Below, piece by piece: positions 10,643 through 25,546 of a stretch of DNA of 64,000 nucleotides (position 1 is the stretch's first letter; every line of letters begins with the position of its first letter). This DNA is from Octopus sinensis (lineage: Eukaryota), in the NCBI RefSeq assembly GCF_006345805.1, contig NC_043001.1:131440001-131504000 (forward strand), read 5' to 3'. The notes under the pieces are model-generated. The model saw only the letters and a list, made by a program, of their open reading frames with translations. It searched no databases and was not told the origin of the DNA. A program made the translations under genes and the position numbers.

Positions 10643-11572
10643 ACACACAAACACACACACACACACACAAACACATGCGCACACACACACACAAACATAT
10701 GCGCACACACACACACACAAACACATGCGCACACACACACACAAACACATGCGCACACACACACACAAACACATGCGCACACACACACACAAACACATGC
10801 GCACACACACACACACAACACACATGCGAACACACACACAAACAACATGCGCACACACACACACAAACCATATGCGCACAACACACAACACAAACAACAT
10901 GCGCACACACACACCACAAACACATGCGCACAACACACACACACACAAACACATGCGCACACACACACAAAAACCAACATGCGCACACACACAAAACACA
11001 TTGCGACACACCACACAAACACATGCGCACACACACACACAAACACATGCGCACACCACACACACACAAACAACATGCGCACACACACACACACAAACAC
11101 ATGCGCACACACACACACACAAACACATGCGCACACACACACACAAACACATGCGCACACACACACACAAACACATGCGCACACACACACACAAACACAC
11201 GCGCACACACACACACACAAAACACATGCGCACACACACACACAAACCATGCGCACACCACACACAAAAACATGCGCACACACACACAAACACAAAAACA
11301 CATGCGCACCACACACACACAAACACATGCGCACACACACACACAAACACATGCGCACACACACACACAAACACATGCGCACACACACACACAAACACAT
11401 GTGCACACACACACACACAAACACATGCGCACACACACACACACAAACACATGCGCACACACACACACACAAACACATGCGCACACACACACACACAACA
11501 CATGCGCACACACACACACACAAACACATGCGCACACACACACACAAACACATGCGCACACACACAAACACA
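10643..11572. repeat. Compound minisatellite, unit about (CA)n-AA-CACATGCG (~20-22 bp), roughly 45 copies
   Basis: Directly visible; source of the six overlapping >300-aa HT/CV ORFs. Confidence 0.95.
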
Positions 11573-11624
11573 CCAGTATTACTAACACACTCACACTCAC
11601 ACTTGCACTTATGTTTTTTTTACT

Positions 11625-11805
11625 CTAGGCACAAGGCCTGAAATTTTAGGGGAGGTGGGGGCAGTTGATTAGATCGACCCCAGTATGCAACTGGTACTTA
11701 ATTTATCAATCCCTAAAGGATGAAAAGTAAAGTCGACCTTGGTGGAATTTGAACCCAGAACGTAAAGACAGACGAAATACTGCTAACCATTTCGCCCTGC
11801 ATGCT
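11625..11805 (-). mobile_element. MetaSINE-like tRNA-derived SINE (diverged)
   Basis: Reverse complement resembles the 35910 copy, including the gtcgactttgcctttcatcc...gataaattaagtaccag central domain. Confidence 0.7.
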
Positions 11806-12215
11806 CAATACCTTCAGTATATTACAGATAAAAGTCATCTGTTTGTGTAACTTATTTATACACACAGACATTTATGTCTGCTTGATTATTCACATACAAA
11901 TATATATTTTTCACTCACTCTCTGATATGCACACATGTGCTCATTGGTTTACACTGAGTACTGACCCCTTTTCAGCCTATTGACCACAGAACTTCACTGA
12001 TGGTTGTCGAGTCCTGTCTTCTGTTAATTATTTCTTTTATCTATGTTGGGTTTACTTTAAGATCTTCCTAATGCAGGCTTTTCCTTCATCATTCAGAATC
12101 TCTGCTCTAATTCTCTTTTGAATTTATGTGTTATTTAGTGAACCCCTTTTCTAATTCTCTCTCAGAGTATATGTGTGATTTAGTCCACTTATGTGTGCGT
12201 GTGTGTATGTGTGTA

Positions 12216-12444
12216 CATCATCATCATCATCATCGTTTAATGTCCGTTTTCCGCGCTAGCACGGGTTGGACGGTTCGACCGGGGTCTGGGGAGCCAGGGG
12301 CTGCTCCAGGCTCCAGTCTGATCTGGCAGTGTTTCTACAGCTGGATGCCCTTCCTAACGCCAACCACTCCGCGAGTGTATTGGGTGCTTTTTACGTGCCA
12401 CCTGCACAGGTGCCAGAGGGGTCTGGCATCGGCAACGATCGGTT
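12216..12444 (-). mobile_element. SINE-like repeat, family A
   Basis: Same sequence as 2306-2515, with (CAT)n tail. Confidence 0.85.
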
Positions 12445-12619
12445 CATACATGTATATGTATAAATGTGGTCAAAGAGGATGCTCTAGAACAAAGCAACAA
12501 GATAAATAAAGACTTGAGTTACAGAAAGATTTATAGCACAAATAATTAAGAAAATTAGAAAATAATTAAGAACAAATTCAACAGTGAATACTGAAATCCC
12601 CTTTTTTAGCAGGTCTTAA

Positions 12620-12840
12620 CCCTTTCGTTACCAACCCGGCTAAAACCGGCTCTGGCTCTTTAGTACAAATGTCTGGTTTTCAAAAGTTTTGAATTAAAAT
12701 CTTCCACCAAACCTTAGTCACAATTTATGTCCCTAACTCTAGCTTAATGATAACGATGTTATTTTACTTAATTCTTTGTTATATTTAACATAATTGGAAG
12801 AAACACTGTGCATCTCAAAATAAATTCAGTAACGAAAGGG
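12620..12840 (+). mobile_element. piggyBac-type MITE, family 1 (221 bp)
   Basis: TTAA duplications at 12616-12619 and 12841-12844; 12-bp TIR CCCTTTCGTTAC/GTAACGAAAGGG; further copies at 38279, 40587 and 63450. Confidence 0.9.
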
Positions 12841-13344
12841 TTAAACTTGTCCACTATTGCCTAAAGAACTACAATAAACAAGTGGGAGCAAAGAATCAAG
12901 TAATGATAGACACCTACCTGCCCACTAAAATCTTATCTGAAGTCACTGCTTAATAGCACCATCTCTATACATGGCTTACATAACAACTACACAATGTTAA
13001 TCTGTACTTTGTTTTCTTGGTGACCTAAACACCAGCAGGTGTGGTACCCTGTCAATGCTTTCTGCAGGTCAATTAAAGCTCACTATACTGGCTTGCTTGT
13101 CACTAACAACTTTTCCAGTATTTATTTCATTTGGAAGAGAGCAGAACAGGTGTATTTATGTATCTGTATATAATTATATATATATCTATATGTATGTATG
13201 TATGTATGTATGAATGTATGTATGTATGTATGTATGTATGTATGTATGTATGTATGTATGTATGTGTGTATGTGTGTATGTATGTATGTATGTATGTATG
13301 TATGATGTATGTATGTATGTTTATATGTACACACACACCATATA

Positions 13345-13715
13345 GGCACTGGAGTGGTTGTGTGGTAAGAAGCTTGCTTCCCAACCACATGGTTCTGGGT
13401 TCAGTCCCACTGCGTGGCACCTTAGGCAAGTGTCTTCTACTATAGCCTTGGGTTGACCAAAGCCTTGTGAGTGGATTTGGTAGATAGAAACTGAAAGCTG
13501 CCCATTCTATATGTATATGTTTGTGTCCCCCACCATTGCTTGACAACCGATGTTGGTGTGCTTACATCCCCATAACTTAGCAGTTCAGCCAAAGAGATTG
13601 ATATAATAAGTACTAGGCTTACGAAACATCAGTCCTGGGATCAACTTGTTTGACTAAAAGCAGTGTCCCAGCATGGCTGCAGTCAAATGATTGAAACAAG
13701 TAAAGGAATAAAGGA
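13345..13715 (+). mobile_element. CORE-type tRNA-derived SINE (octopus OR2-like)
   Basis: ggagtggttgtgtggtaag...ggttcagtcccactgcgtggcaccttaggcaagtgtcttc head, body shared with five other copies. Confidence 0.85.
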
Positions 13716-14985
13716 ATATATATGTACATATATATATATATATATATATGTCTGTGTGTCTCTACATGTGTGTAAATGTGTGTTTGTGCTAGTATCCACT
13801 TGTTTTGACATTGGTTGATAATTGCTTGCAGGTATCACAGTCATACAGGTGATATCTTTCAATTCCAATCTTCTGAGAAAACTTGTCTAGCTATGGAGAA
13901 ATGTTACCTTATCTACAAACAGGGGAAGGTTGGCAACAGGAAGGGTACCCAGCTAATGAAATTTTGGTTCCATGAATTTCATATGATTCATGTAAACATG
14001 GTAGAGTGGACATTAAAATGATGATGATGGCATACACATATTGTACATGTACAAATAAATGAATTAAATCATGCATATATTGAGAAAGAGAGAGAGAGAG
14101 AGAGAAAGAGAGAGTTGACTTAAATGGAAATACCCTCAAGTACTCTTCATTCCCTTCTCTGCATTCCCCCCTCCTCCCATGGGGTCGTTTATTGGTTTGA
14201 CCATATCATGGTCCTACGTACACTTTTGTTGATTCTTTTGTTCTGAAACATCTGCCATGGTTAGGAAATAAAGAAAGAGATAAGTAGTAGTTATCCTTTA
14301 TCATAGGAACAAGCTGAAAGATAAACCTGAACTCAGCTGGTAGTACTTAGTTGATTCTGCTATTTATTTCTTGTTTGTTTTAACTTTGTATTATCAAAAG
14401 CTTCTAGTATTTTCATCAAAGAAGGGATTTATTATTAACATGATGATGATCATCGTCATCATCACCACTATCATTATCATCTTCATTGTCATGACTGTTG
14501 TCATCATCGTCGTCATCATCATCATCATCATGGATTGTATAATGGTTCTTAATATTGAAATCAAATTTTCTTGTTTCAATAGTGTTCCCTAATGATATAT
14601 TTTTACCATTGTTTTTCTTGTTTTATTGCCATTATTATTACTATTATCATTATTATTACTTAATTAATTAATCAAATAATTAATTGATTAATTAATTAAT
14701 TATAAGTTGCTGTATGCAATGAGTGATACCATATACATATACACTTACAGACCTACACAATCATACAGATGCAAATACATATATCTCCCCCGTCATCATC
14801 AACATAGTCATATATGAAGATAGTGAAAAGATGAACTCGTATATAAATTATATATAACACTCATGTATATATTGTTTCTGTCTACTAGATCCACCCACAA
14901 GAATTGGTTGATCCTGAGCTATAATAGAAGGCACTTAACCAGACTATCAAACTACTTGGTTGAGAAGTGAAACTCTTAACTGCAT

Positions 14986-15031
<46 letters not shown>

Positions 15032-15045
15032 CATATATATATATA

Positions 15046-15238
15046 GTGACAATTTACAAAAAATAAACAACAAAAATAGGTGTGTAAACAACAAACAGAT
15101 GTATTAGTTTAACAATTGGGAAGTGAGAAAGTCTTTTACTTTTTGAGCCTACGCTCTCTGACAGAAAGAAACACAGAAATAAGCAGAGAGAGAAAATGGA
15201 AAAAGGTTTAGTGGCTAGTGAACTATCAAGGCGAATGT
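15046..15238 (-). mobile_element. (TA)n-embedded short element with decayed minimal hammerhead
   Basis: Minus strand TCTTT-CTGTCAGA-GAGC(GTAG)GCTC-AAAAA-GTA-AAAGA at 15132-15168: stems I and II intact, core mutated. Confidence 0.5.
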
Positions 15239-15344
15239 ATATATATATGTGTGTATATATATATGTATATATACATGCATATATATAGATATAGATAAAT
15301 ATATATACATATGTATGTATATAGATATAAACACACACACACAG

Positions 15345-15400
<56 letters not shown>

Positions 15401-15652
15401 CGATAAACTTACTTGGAAATGGATGCATGGCATTTAATCAAATAGTATAAATAATCTGTATATATATGCATATATATATATATATATACATATATGCGTA
15501 CAGAATGTCACCAACAGTAAACAACGTGAAATACAAGACCAAACAAGACAAGTAACTTAAAGATCAACCTTCATCAGTTGTCGGCTGTCTATCTACTCCT
15601 CTGCTCAAAATATATATATATGTGTGTGTGTGTATATATATATGTATATATA

Positions 15653-15685
<33 letters not shown>

Positions 15686-15689
<4 letters not shown>

Positions 15690-16396
15690 GGCAAATAAGA
15701 AAATGGAGAGGATAAACAATCAACAAACATCAGCCTGTAAACATTTAATTATATCTATTTATTAATTGATTACAATTATATGAATAAGTAATCCAAATAA
15801 AACAAATGAAATAAGCAAATAAATAAGTAAATAAATAGATAAATTAAAATAAACGAATAAGAATAAATGATTTTGGTCTCTCTGATGTAGCCTTGTGGTT
15901 CAACCATTCTCCAACCCCTGTCCAATGTTTGTTCAACCTTTGTATAATTACTGGCATGATGTGGCAAACTTGGAAGATTGGGCAACCCCATGGTAGAAAC
16001 ACCTGTAAGTGTTTAGTATTTGTACACTCATTTATTCTTATTTGTTTATTTTTATTTATTTATTTATTTACTTATTTATTTATTTGCTTATATCATTCGT
16101 TTATTTGGATCACTTATACATGTGATTGTAATCAATGCACGTAAAAAGCACCCACTACACTCACGGAGTGGTTGGCGTTAGGAAGGGCATCCAGCTGTAG
16201 AAACATTGCCAGATAAGACCGGAGCCTGGTGCAGCCTTCTGGCTTCCCAGATCCCCAGTCGAACCGTCCAACCCATGTTAGTATGGAGAACGGACGTTAA
16301 ACGATGATGATGATGATGATGATGATGATATAATTGAATGTTTACAGGCTGATGTTTGTCGATTGTTTAAGCTCTCCATTTTCTTATTTGCCTTAT
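15686..16396. mobile_element. Foldback element with ~185-bp inverted arms; right arm interrupted by a SINE
   Basis: 15686-15870 is the reverse complement of 16028-16136 plus 16330-16396; left end abuts (TA)n. Confidence 0.75.
16137..16329 (+). mobile_element. SINE-like repeat, family A, nested in the foldback arm
   Basis: cacgtaaaaagcacccactacactcacggagtggttggcgttaggaaggg... ending in (GAT)n. Confidence 0.85.
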
Positions 16397-16562
16397 AAAT
16401 CCTGGGTAAATTTCTGCTTTACTCCCACCCATACCTAGTATTCAATTGTGATATTGCCTTGCAATAGTAAGCACTTGGATATAAATATGTAGGTATAACA
16501 TCCAGTAGTATATTAGATATTTACTATCCCTTAGATGGTTACTTAACCTCTAGCTCATACAC

Positions 16563-16633
<71 letters not shown>

Positions 16634-17884
16634 CATACATATATACATATACATATATATATACACACACACACACGTGTATTTATACATATTCACGCAT
16701 ACATACATATATGAGTGTGTGTGTACGTGTAAATGAAATAATATCTATATCTATATCTATCTATCTTTCTATCTATCTATCTATCTCTCTCTCTCTATAT
16801 ATATATATATATGTATGTAGGTATGTATATATATTTATATATATATATATGTATACACACATATATATATTCCACTTCATGGCACCTTGTTATCTTTTTG
16901 TATGCCAGATTATTTTCGCCATACTGTCAATTCCCTCAAAATGAGACAACAATTACATCATCATCTACAGCAATGGGGAGTATTTCTTCGATACTTGGAA
17001 GCAACTCAATTGATGACTGTTTTTATCTTACAAATTACTGACTTACTGCTGATGCATGCATGTTAACCTTTATCAACGTGGTTATTATGTAATGGAACGA
17101 TGATAACCTTATGCCGCAAATAGCTGCCATTTTGAAATATATTTTGCTCAGTGTATGTTTTACTTGTTAGCAACATGCTAGTGGCTGAACGAAACAAATA
17201 TTTTACAATATGCAATATCAACTAAATTTGATGATAATGATGGTGTGAATGATATTGTTTTTGTTAAGCATTAGTAATAGAGTTTAGTTTATTGTATGCT
17301 ACAAACAAAACTTTACACCATCAATTTCTCTCAATCCTGCGCTTTCCCAATCTTGAAGTCATATGTCAATTATCAAATTAGATAAATCTCTCTGTCTCTT
17401 TCTGTCCATCTGTGTCACCTTATATCCTTTCCTCTTCACTGTCTCTCACACTCGGACATTTCTTGTCTTTGAATCTATTTTTCTGCCTACCAGTATGGCT
17501 GTCTGTCTATCTGTACGTGTTTATGTACACACACACTCACACACACATACACGCTTTTCCTCTCTTTCTCTCTCCCTCTCTCTCTCACACATCTGTCAGC
17601 TTAACGATGTCTGTTCCTCAAACCAGCCAGCCAGCCAGCCAGCCAGACAAACCAGCCTTCTACTTGTCTCTATTTCCCTCTCTCTTGCCAGAACCATTCT
17701 GTCATAACCATAAATTTTTTGCCTGTAATTTTAATTGTTCTTATGGTTATTGCATCTTTAGGTCCTAGACAACACAAACACAAATGTGGAACAAGCAATT
17801 AATATTGAGAGATAATATAGATAAATAGCTGCCTATGGATGGATATACATAGATAATTCTGAGTGTACATGTGTATGTACAAAG

Positions 17885-18815
<931 letters not shown>

Positions 18816-18891
18816 ATGTCCATATACACTCACACATGTATATGCACACACACATATATCTAAACATGAATTTATGTAATACATATATATA

Positions 18892-19708
18892 TAGGGTGTG
18901 ATGGGTAAATTGTCATCATTTTATATTTTTAATTTCATGCATTGTTTGTTTTTGATTTTGTCATCTACACGTTTGGGCAGCACCATGACGCAATTTGCTC
19001 TGCCAGAAATTTAGAAACAACATGCTGTACTGCTTGGTATTTGTGCTGGAAGCTCCAATATGAACATTTCAGAGTGTTTGGGTGTCAGTCTGAGGACATG
19101 TACCAAGAGTGATAAAAATCAAACATCCACTTGGAGTGATCACTAGTGATAGCGACGTTATGCCTCCATTCATCTTCCCACACAGCCTCAGACTCAACAT
19201 GGAGGCCTACATCAAGTGCTTGGAGGAGATAGAGCTTCATGGGTCAAGAGGGTGGCTGCTGGAAGACCCTATGTCTGTCAGCAGGACTCTGTACCATGCC
19301 ACACAAGGAGAAGAACCCAGACATGGCTGTCACAATTTCTGTGACCACTTCACCTCTAACATTTGGCCACCTAACTCCCCAGACTGCAACCCCCTTGATT
19401 ATTATGTGTGGGGCATAGTGAGTGAGAGACCAACAAAACTCCTGGTAACACCAAAGAGGAACTGAAGACAAGGATTATGGCAGTAGTCACCCAACTTAAA
19501 CAAGGAGACTGTCCAGAGGGGTTGCAGGAGATTCCGAAGTTGTCTGGAGGCTGTAGTTGAAGACAATAGCGATATAATTGAATAAATTTACTCTTTAGTA
19601 TTTCAAGATATTTTTATGTAATTTTGGTAAATATATCTGTTAAAATGAGATGTCAGTGATATTTTCATTTTTGCGTAATTTAGATGACAATTTATTCACT
19701 GCACCATA
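18892..19708 (+). mobile_element. Internally deleted Tc1/mariner DD37D (maT-type) transposon remnant
   Basis: Imperfect ~26-bp TIRs (TAGGGTGTGATGGGTAAATTGTCATC / GATGACAATTTATTCACTGCACCATA) in TA context; frameshifted QQDSVPCHT...WPPNSPDCNPLDYYVWG with 37 residues between the catalytic Ds after repairing a 2-nt loss. Confidence 0.8.
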
Positions 19709-19820
19709 TATATATGTATATTTGTATGTATGGTGTGTGAATGTGAGCATGTGTGTGCATGCATGTAGTTGTAATAATGAAGTCAAACCAAATAGTGGTA
19801 TTCTGAAATTATTGTGCATA

Positions 19821-19869
<49 letters not shown>

Positions 19870-19933
19870 GTGTGTGTATATATATATATACACATATGTG
19901 TGGTGTGTATATATATATATATATATACACATA

Positions 19934-19973
<40 letters not shown>

Positions 19974-21326
19974 CACATATATATATATATAAAATGTATA
20001 TGTGTATGCCTTAATCCATGTATTCATATCTGTATGTATATGTACACATAGATATCCTTGCATTTAATGAAGATTGTTCATGTACTGCTCTGTCCTCTCT
20101 ACCATTCACACTTTTCTTGTCTAATGTCATTGAAAGGTCAATTGGTCTTGTGGGGAGTTGGAATTATTACTTTCTGTGTGTCTGTCAGTCAGTCTGGCTT
20201 TCTGTTTTATCTGTCATTCTTTCATTTGCATCACTTTTCATTGAGTTATCAGTTTCACCTGAAAAGCTTGTTTTTCATCTTGCACTTCAATCTTTACAGT
20301 ATGACCACACCACATTATAGTTTCAATTGAAGTTGGGTTGCTCTATCTGACTAACATTTCTATTATCTGTCTTAAACTTTCATTATAATTAACTCTTTCC
20401 TCCCTTCAGTCTCTGCATCCCTGTATTTTCCTCTGCACTCATCTATCCAAAATAGTCGCTTGTCAGCGTTATTATATACACATGCACACACACAACTATT
20501 TATTAAGAATAATCATATGCATACATAAATATATAAGCAATTAAGTGTACAATATGATACATGTGTGTGTATACAAGTGTACATAGACATGCACACACAC
20601 ATTAGCATCCTTCTGAGCACATGTTATATATGTGTGACACAATTATATAACGAACATGACATTTTGCCAGGGACACTACTTGAAACAGGCAGGTATCCTT
20701 TCCAGAAGAAGAGGTGTTTCTCACCCTATTAATGGCATTAAAACAACCAAAGTAGAGCAATGGTCCTTTGTAGCTATTGCAAGCTAAACAATAATGATAC
20801 AAGTGTTCTTGTATCAATGATACACACACACACACATACACACATATCTATTCACACAAACACACATATACACACACATTCACACACATACACTTACCTT
20901 CTTTATGAGTTGAAACTCAAGCTATGCTCCATTTTTTGAAAGCCCTCTTTCTCTTTCTCAATTTGTGCTTTACATATAAACACATTTAATATATATTCTT
21001 TCGTGAGAAAGAAATTCATCTCTACATCAACATACACTTCTTACTGGCATTGATATATGATTCGTATGTGTATCAGAATATATGCATAGAAGCAACTGGA
21101 AGCCACTCCAGTGTCCTTTTCCATTCAAAAGCTTATTGATACTTTATCTACAGTAACAGTGGGATACATTTTTTTAAAAAAATCAACAGCATTCAAAATA
21201 TGCATCTGTATTTGTGTGCATTTCTGTGTGCAAGTGTGTGTCTGTGAGTCTTTATAAATAAATGAAAGAGATTAATCAGCAGAGCATTGATTGTAATATT
21301 AATTTCTTTCTTTTTTTTTATTTCAG

Positions 21327-21402
21327 CCTACTGTATATATGCATGGAAGGTGTATAAATATTCCTGAAAGACTTCCTGAAAGTGATAGGCTTTATTACAC
21401 AT
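21327..21402 (+). CDS. Candidate internal coding exon, PTVYMHGRCINIPERLPESDRLYYT
   Basis: Strong acceptor tttctttctttttttttatttcag| and donor AT|gtaagt; 76 nt; only one of three frames is open; protein not recognised. Confidence 0.6.
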
Positions 21403-22311
21403 GTAAGTTCAAACTTTCACCTTGTGGTTGTCAAATATTGTTGAAGGAAAAAAATAATTCCATGTAATATTCATTCCTTTTTTCAATGTTGTTGTTGTTG
21501 TATAATGTCAAAGAAATAATCTGAGTCGTATAACTAAAAATAAATAGATAAGTTGTTTATTGACTATGTTGTTTAGATTTTTCTGGTTTTGACTTTGGTT
21601 ACAATTCTTGGGCTCAGGGCATATTCATCAGTTCCTTATTGCTGTCACTTCTGTCAACTTTATAATCCATCTCCATAAAATCTTGTCTTGTTCAGTAAAT
21701 GGAATTCAGTAATTATTCGTGTAGAATAAGAAATTTAGTAGGTAGTTGAGTACCAGACTTTATAAAACTATTTATGGCCTTCTTTCTGCAGTTGTCCATA
21801 GATTTTGTTTTGTTATCTCTTTAGTGCTACTGGAACAAATTGACTGATTATGTGATACATTCATTTCTCTCTCCATCATTTTTTGTATCACAAATTTCTT
21901 CAGTGTGAAAAAAAGTAAAAAACAGCCCACAAGCAAAACCCTCACAAAGCCCACCTAAACATGATATATTGTGAAGTGCTAATATATTGCTAAGTGTTGA
22001 TATGACTTGTTATGCATGTACATCTATGTTGTTAGAATTGTCTGTTATTGATGTTGTGTTTTGTATTTTGCTAATGTTTGATAATTTTTTACTATAACTT
22101 TTTTTTTACTTTTTAAGTTTTTTCTTTTTTAATTATTATTAAGGGTAGTGAGTGTTTCTAGTGTTGCATATGACATAAGGAATTGTATTTATTTTAATCT
22201 ATACTGCAATGGGCCTTAAGAATTTCTCAGAGCTTAAATTTTTTTTTTTGTAACTAATTTTTCTGAACCCATGATATCTACAAAAGTATTAAATAATGTT
22301 TTGTTAAAATT

Positions 22312-22349
<38 letters not shown>

Positions 22350-22988
22350 TCCTCTCTCTCTTAATATATATTCAGATCCAGTTTATCATTAATGTGTGCG
22401 TTAATAATCTTATTTTTTTGCGGAAAATAAAGGCATTGAAAATGATTATAAGTAGAATGCTAGGGCAAGAGTATATACTTATACTGGTTCCGGACTGTGA
22501 GCTATGGCTCAGGGACATCTTAACAGGCCCACAAACAAGGCAATGCACTGGAGTCCATGAGCTCCTGAACAACTGCCTTGTGTGATCATGTCTTAATTCA
22601 ACACTACTGCTCTAACTATGCTGAGATAGTGCCAACACAGTATCAATATGTAGCATTAACTATCTCATCTTTCAGTTAAATCCTGTCGAAGTTAATCTTT
22701 ACTACAACCAACCTTACAGGGTTGATAATCTAAGCAGCAGTAATGTACTGCACCAGTTCAGGATATTTAAAAAGTACTTGAAAAATTAATAAAAAATAGC
22801 AACAGCAAAAAAGAAATGCAAATTAGAATAGAGAAATTGGCATGGCAATGTAAAGTTGGAAAAAAACAATGTATCTTATTTGATACTGAGAATTTACAAA
22901 TAAGGAAAGTAATATAATCAATTCTGCTTCACTTTTATCAAGTACCCCATGTGTATAGCAGAGGAACCCAATATTTTCTGGTACTATT

Positions 22989-23183
22989 ACTCTCTACTCT
23001 TTTACTTGTTTCAGTCAATTGACTGTGGCCATGCTGGAGCACCGCCTTTAGTCGAGCAAATCGACCCCGGGACTTATTCTTTGTAAGCCCAGTACTTATT
23101 CTATTGGTCTCTTTTGCCGAACCGCTAAGTGACGGGGACGTAAACACAACAGCATCGGTTGTCAAGCAATGCTAGGGGGACAA

Positions 23184-23217
<34 letters not shown>

Positions 23218-23393
23218 ATATACATATATACGACAGGCTTCTTTCAGTTTCCGTCTACCAAATCCACTCACAAGGCATTGGTCGGCCCGGGGCTATAGCA
23301 GAAGACACTTGCCCAAGATGCCACGCAGTGGGACTGAACCCGGAACCATGTGGTTGGTTAGCAAGCTACTTACCACACAGCCACTCCTGCGCC
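22989..23393 (-). mobile_element. CORE-type SINE (OR2-like), full length, low divergence
   Basis: Nearly identical to 41726-42158 and to the reverse complement of 58762-59171. Confidence 0.9.
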
Positions 23394-24667
23394 TAATATT
23401 ATCTAACATTTTAGATTAATGACCAGGGATTTTTTTTCATTTTCTTGTCTCAATAATTTATAAATTATCTAAACCTAATCTAATTCATCTAGACTTTTAT
23501 AATAGGATATATTGTTCCCCAGTTATTAAATGAAGTTAATGAAGCAACTTTTCTAATGCTACAAATTTGGGAAGAGGGACCACCACCACCACCACCACCA
23601 TCGTTACTATTACCCAGTGAGGTAATCACTCTATAGTTGCAAGACCTACAAGAAATAGCAGTAAAAACTTCACCCAAATTTAATCCTACCTTCTTAGAAA
23701 GGTAGAATACATTATCTAATATAATACTAGATATACATATCAAACTTGAAAGAAAGACATGAGGGTCACGGTTGGAACTTCTTTGGTCATGTGTCTTATT
23801 GAAGAAGGTGGTGGTGATCAGAAAAACAATATTTGAAGGCATTTCCTCATTCTCAACCAATTTGGAGATTTCTTTTCTTTCTTTTCTTAATGTTTTCTGA
23901 TTTATTCTATGCTTATTTTGTATAACACTTTTTTTTCTTACTGCACTGTGGGACATGAGATAAATACAGTTTTGGTTCTAGAGATGGTAGATGTTGGGGT
24001 TGGGGGTTGGGTTGAAAATCACTAATGTACATTTGTTCATAATAAAAATTTTAAAAAATGGAAAACAGAGAAGAAAAGACAGACATAGAGCTAAGTCACC
24101 TCTTGATTCAAGTATAAACTTGTGTAAACATTGCATGGATGATAAAAATTATTTACAAATAAAACTCACTGCTCTACCTCAACTGTAGTTTTGTTCTGAA
24201 ATAGAGTTAAGTGTATTTATGAACATATTTCTTCTTAGTCATACACATTGCCGGCAGCTTTCACTTTGGGGAGCAGTGATCTCTCTCTCTCTCTCTCTCT
24301 CATATCTAGGCTGCAGTGAATATCTTTAAATCCATTCTGCTATTATTTGGCATTACATGCAACAAGATAGCTTCCTTTTCTTCTTCTGAAATATCTAGAA
24401 GGAGTGTATTAGAAGTCCCTTTCAATTCATATTTTACTCTTTCTAACATTCTTCTCATTGATAAAAGGATTTCATGAACACGTTTCTATGTATGTGTGTG
24501 TAAATATATTTATATGTATATATGTATGTAAATATGTATAGTATGCATGTGAATGTATAAACATATTTGTATATATGTGTGTGTATATATATATATTTAT
24601 AGATGTATATGTAAACATTTTGCTTGAGTAAATACATACATATATGTAAGTGTACATTCATGTATGT

Positions 24668-24705
<38 letters not shown>

Positions 24706-25194
24706 GTGTGCACGTGAAATTCTCAAAAGAGCAACTTGCTTGCCTGTAAAGTAGGCTATGAAAAACTCTGTACTTACCATTTATCTGTAATGCATTTTTA
24801 TTTTTCTTCACCCTCACATCCATACAAGTATGATTTTTCTGCTTGAAAAATATATCTTTTACAAACATGGTTTATTTTTCAATTTACCAATCAAAACTTC
24901 TCACTAGGGGTTGTCCTATAGAATATTCAAGAGAAAAGTGTTTGAAGCACCTGTTCTCACATTTCAGTCATTCAGAAAAGTTTTTAAAAACCGAAATGGA
25001 ATGCTTATAAAAGGTTTCATGTTGAAAAGATTGCTAGTGCATATATATTTATATGTATATAGGAAATATATCTTTTCACCTCTCTTTAAAAGTAATTTAA
25101 ACATTTTTACATTATAACTAGTTGCATGCAAAGTGAAGCGTTTCAACGGATTCTCTAGCTTTCTGAAAATTATCAGTTAGCATATATATATATA

Positions 25195-25247
<53 letters not shown>

Positions 25248-25274
25248 ATATATGTATATATATGTGTATATATG

Positions 25275-25324
<50 letters not shown>

Positions 25325-25511
25325 ATGCCTTTAACAGACACACACATACAAGTACACATGCAATGCATACGTACACACACACACACAATCACAAATACAT
25401 TCTTGCCCACACACACACACACATATATATATATAACTATATAAATATACATATATACGTGTATAACTATACATATATACAATCATACATACATATGTAT
25501 ATAATGCACAT

Positions 25512-25546
<35 letters not shown>

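Noticed and set aside
10596-11641. Six overlapping ORFs of 313-340 aa
   Set aside because: They are translations of the CA-based minisatellite, which has no stop codons in any frame.
24775-24850. Minus-strand segment ending in a strong donor ATG|gtaagt; similar donor at 20893
   Set aside because: Ambiguous acceptors, stops in most frames, and no coherent minus-strand exon chain.
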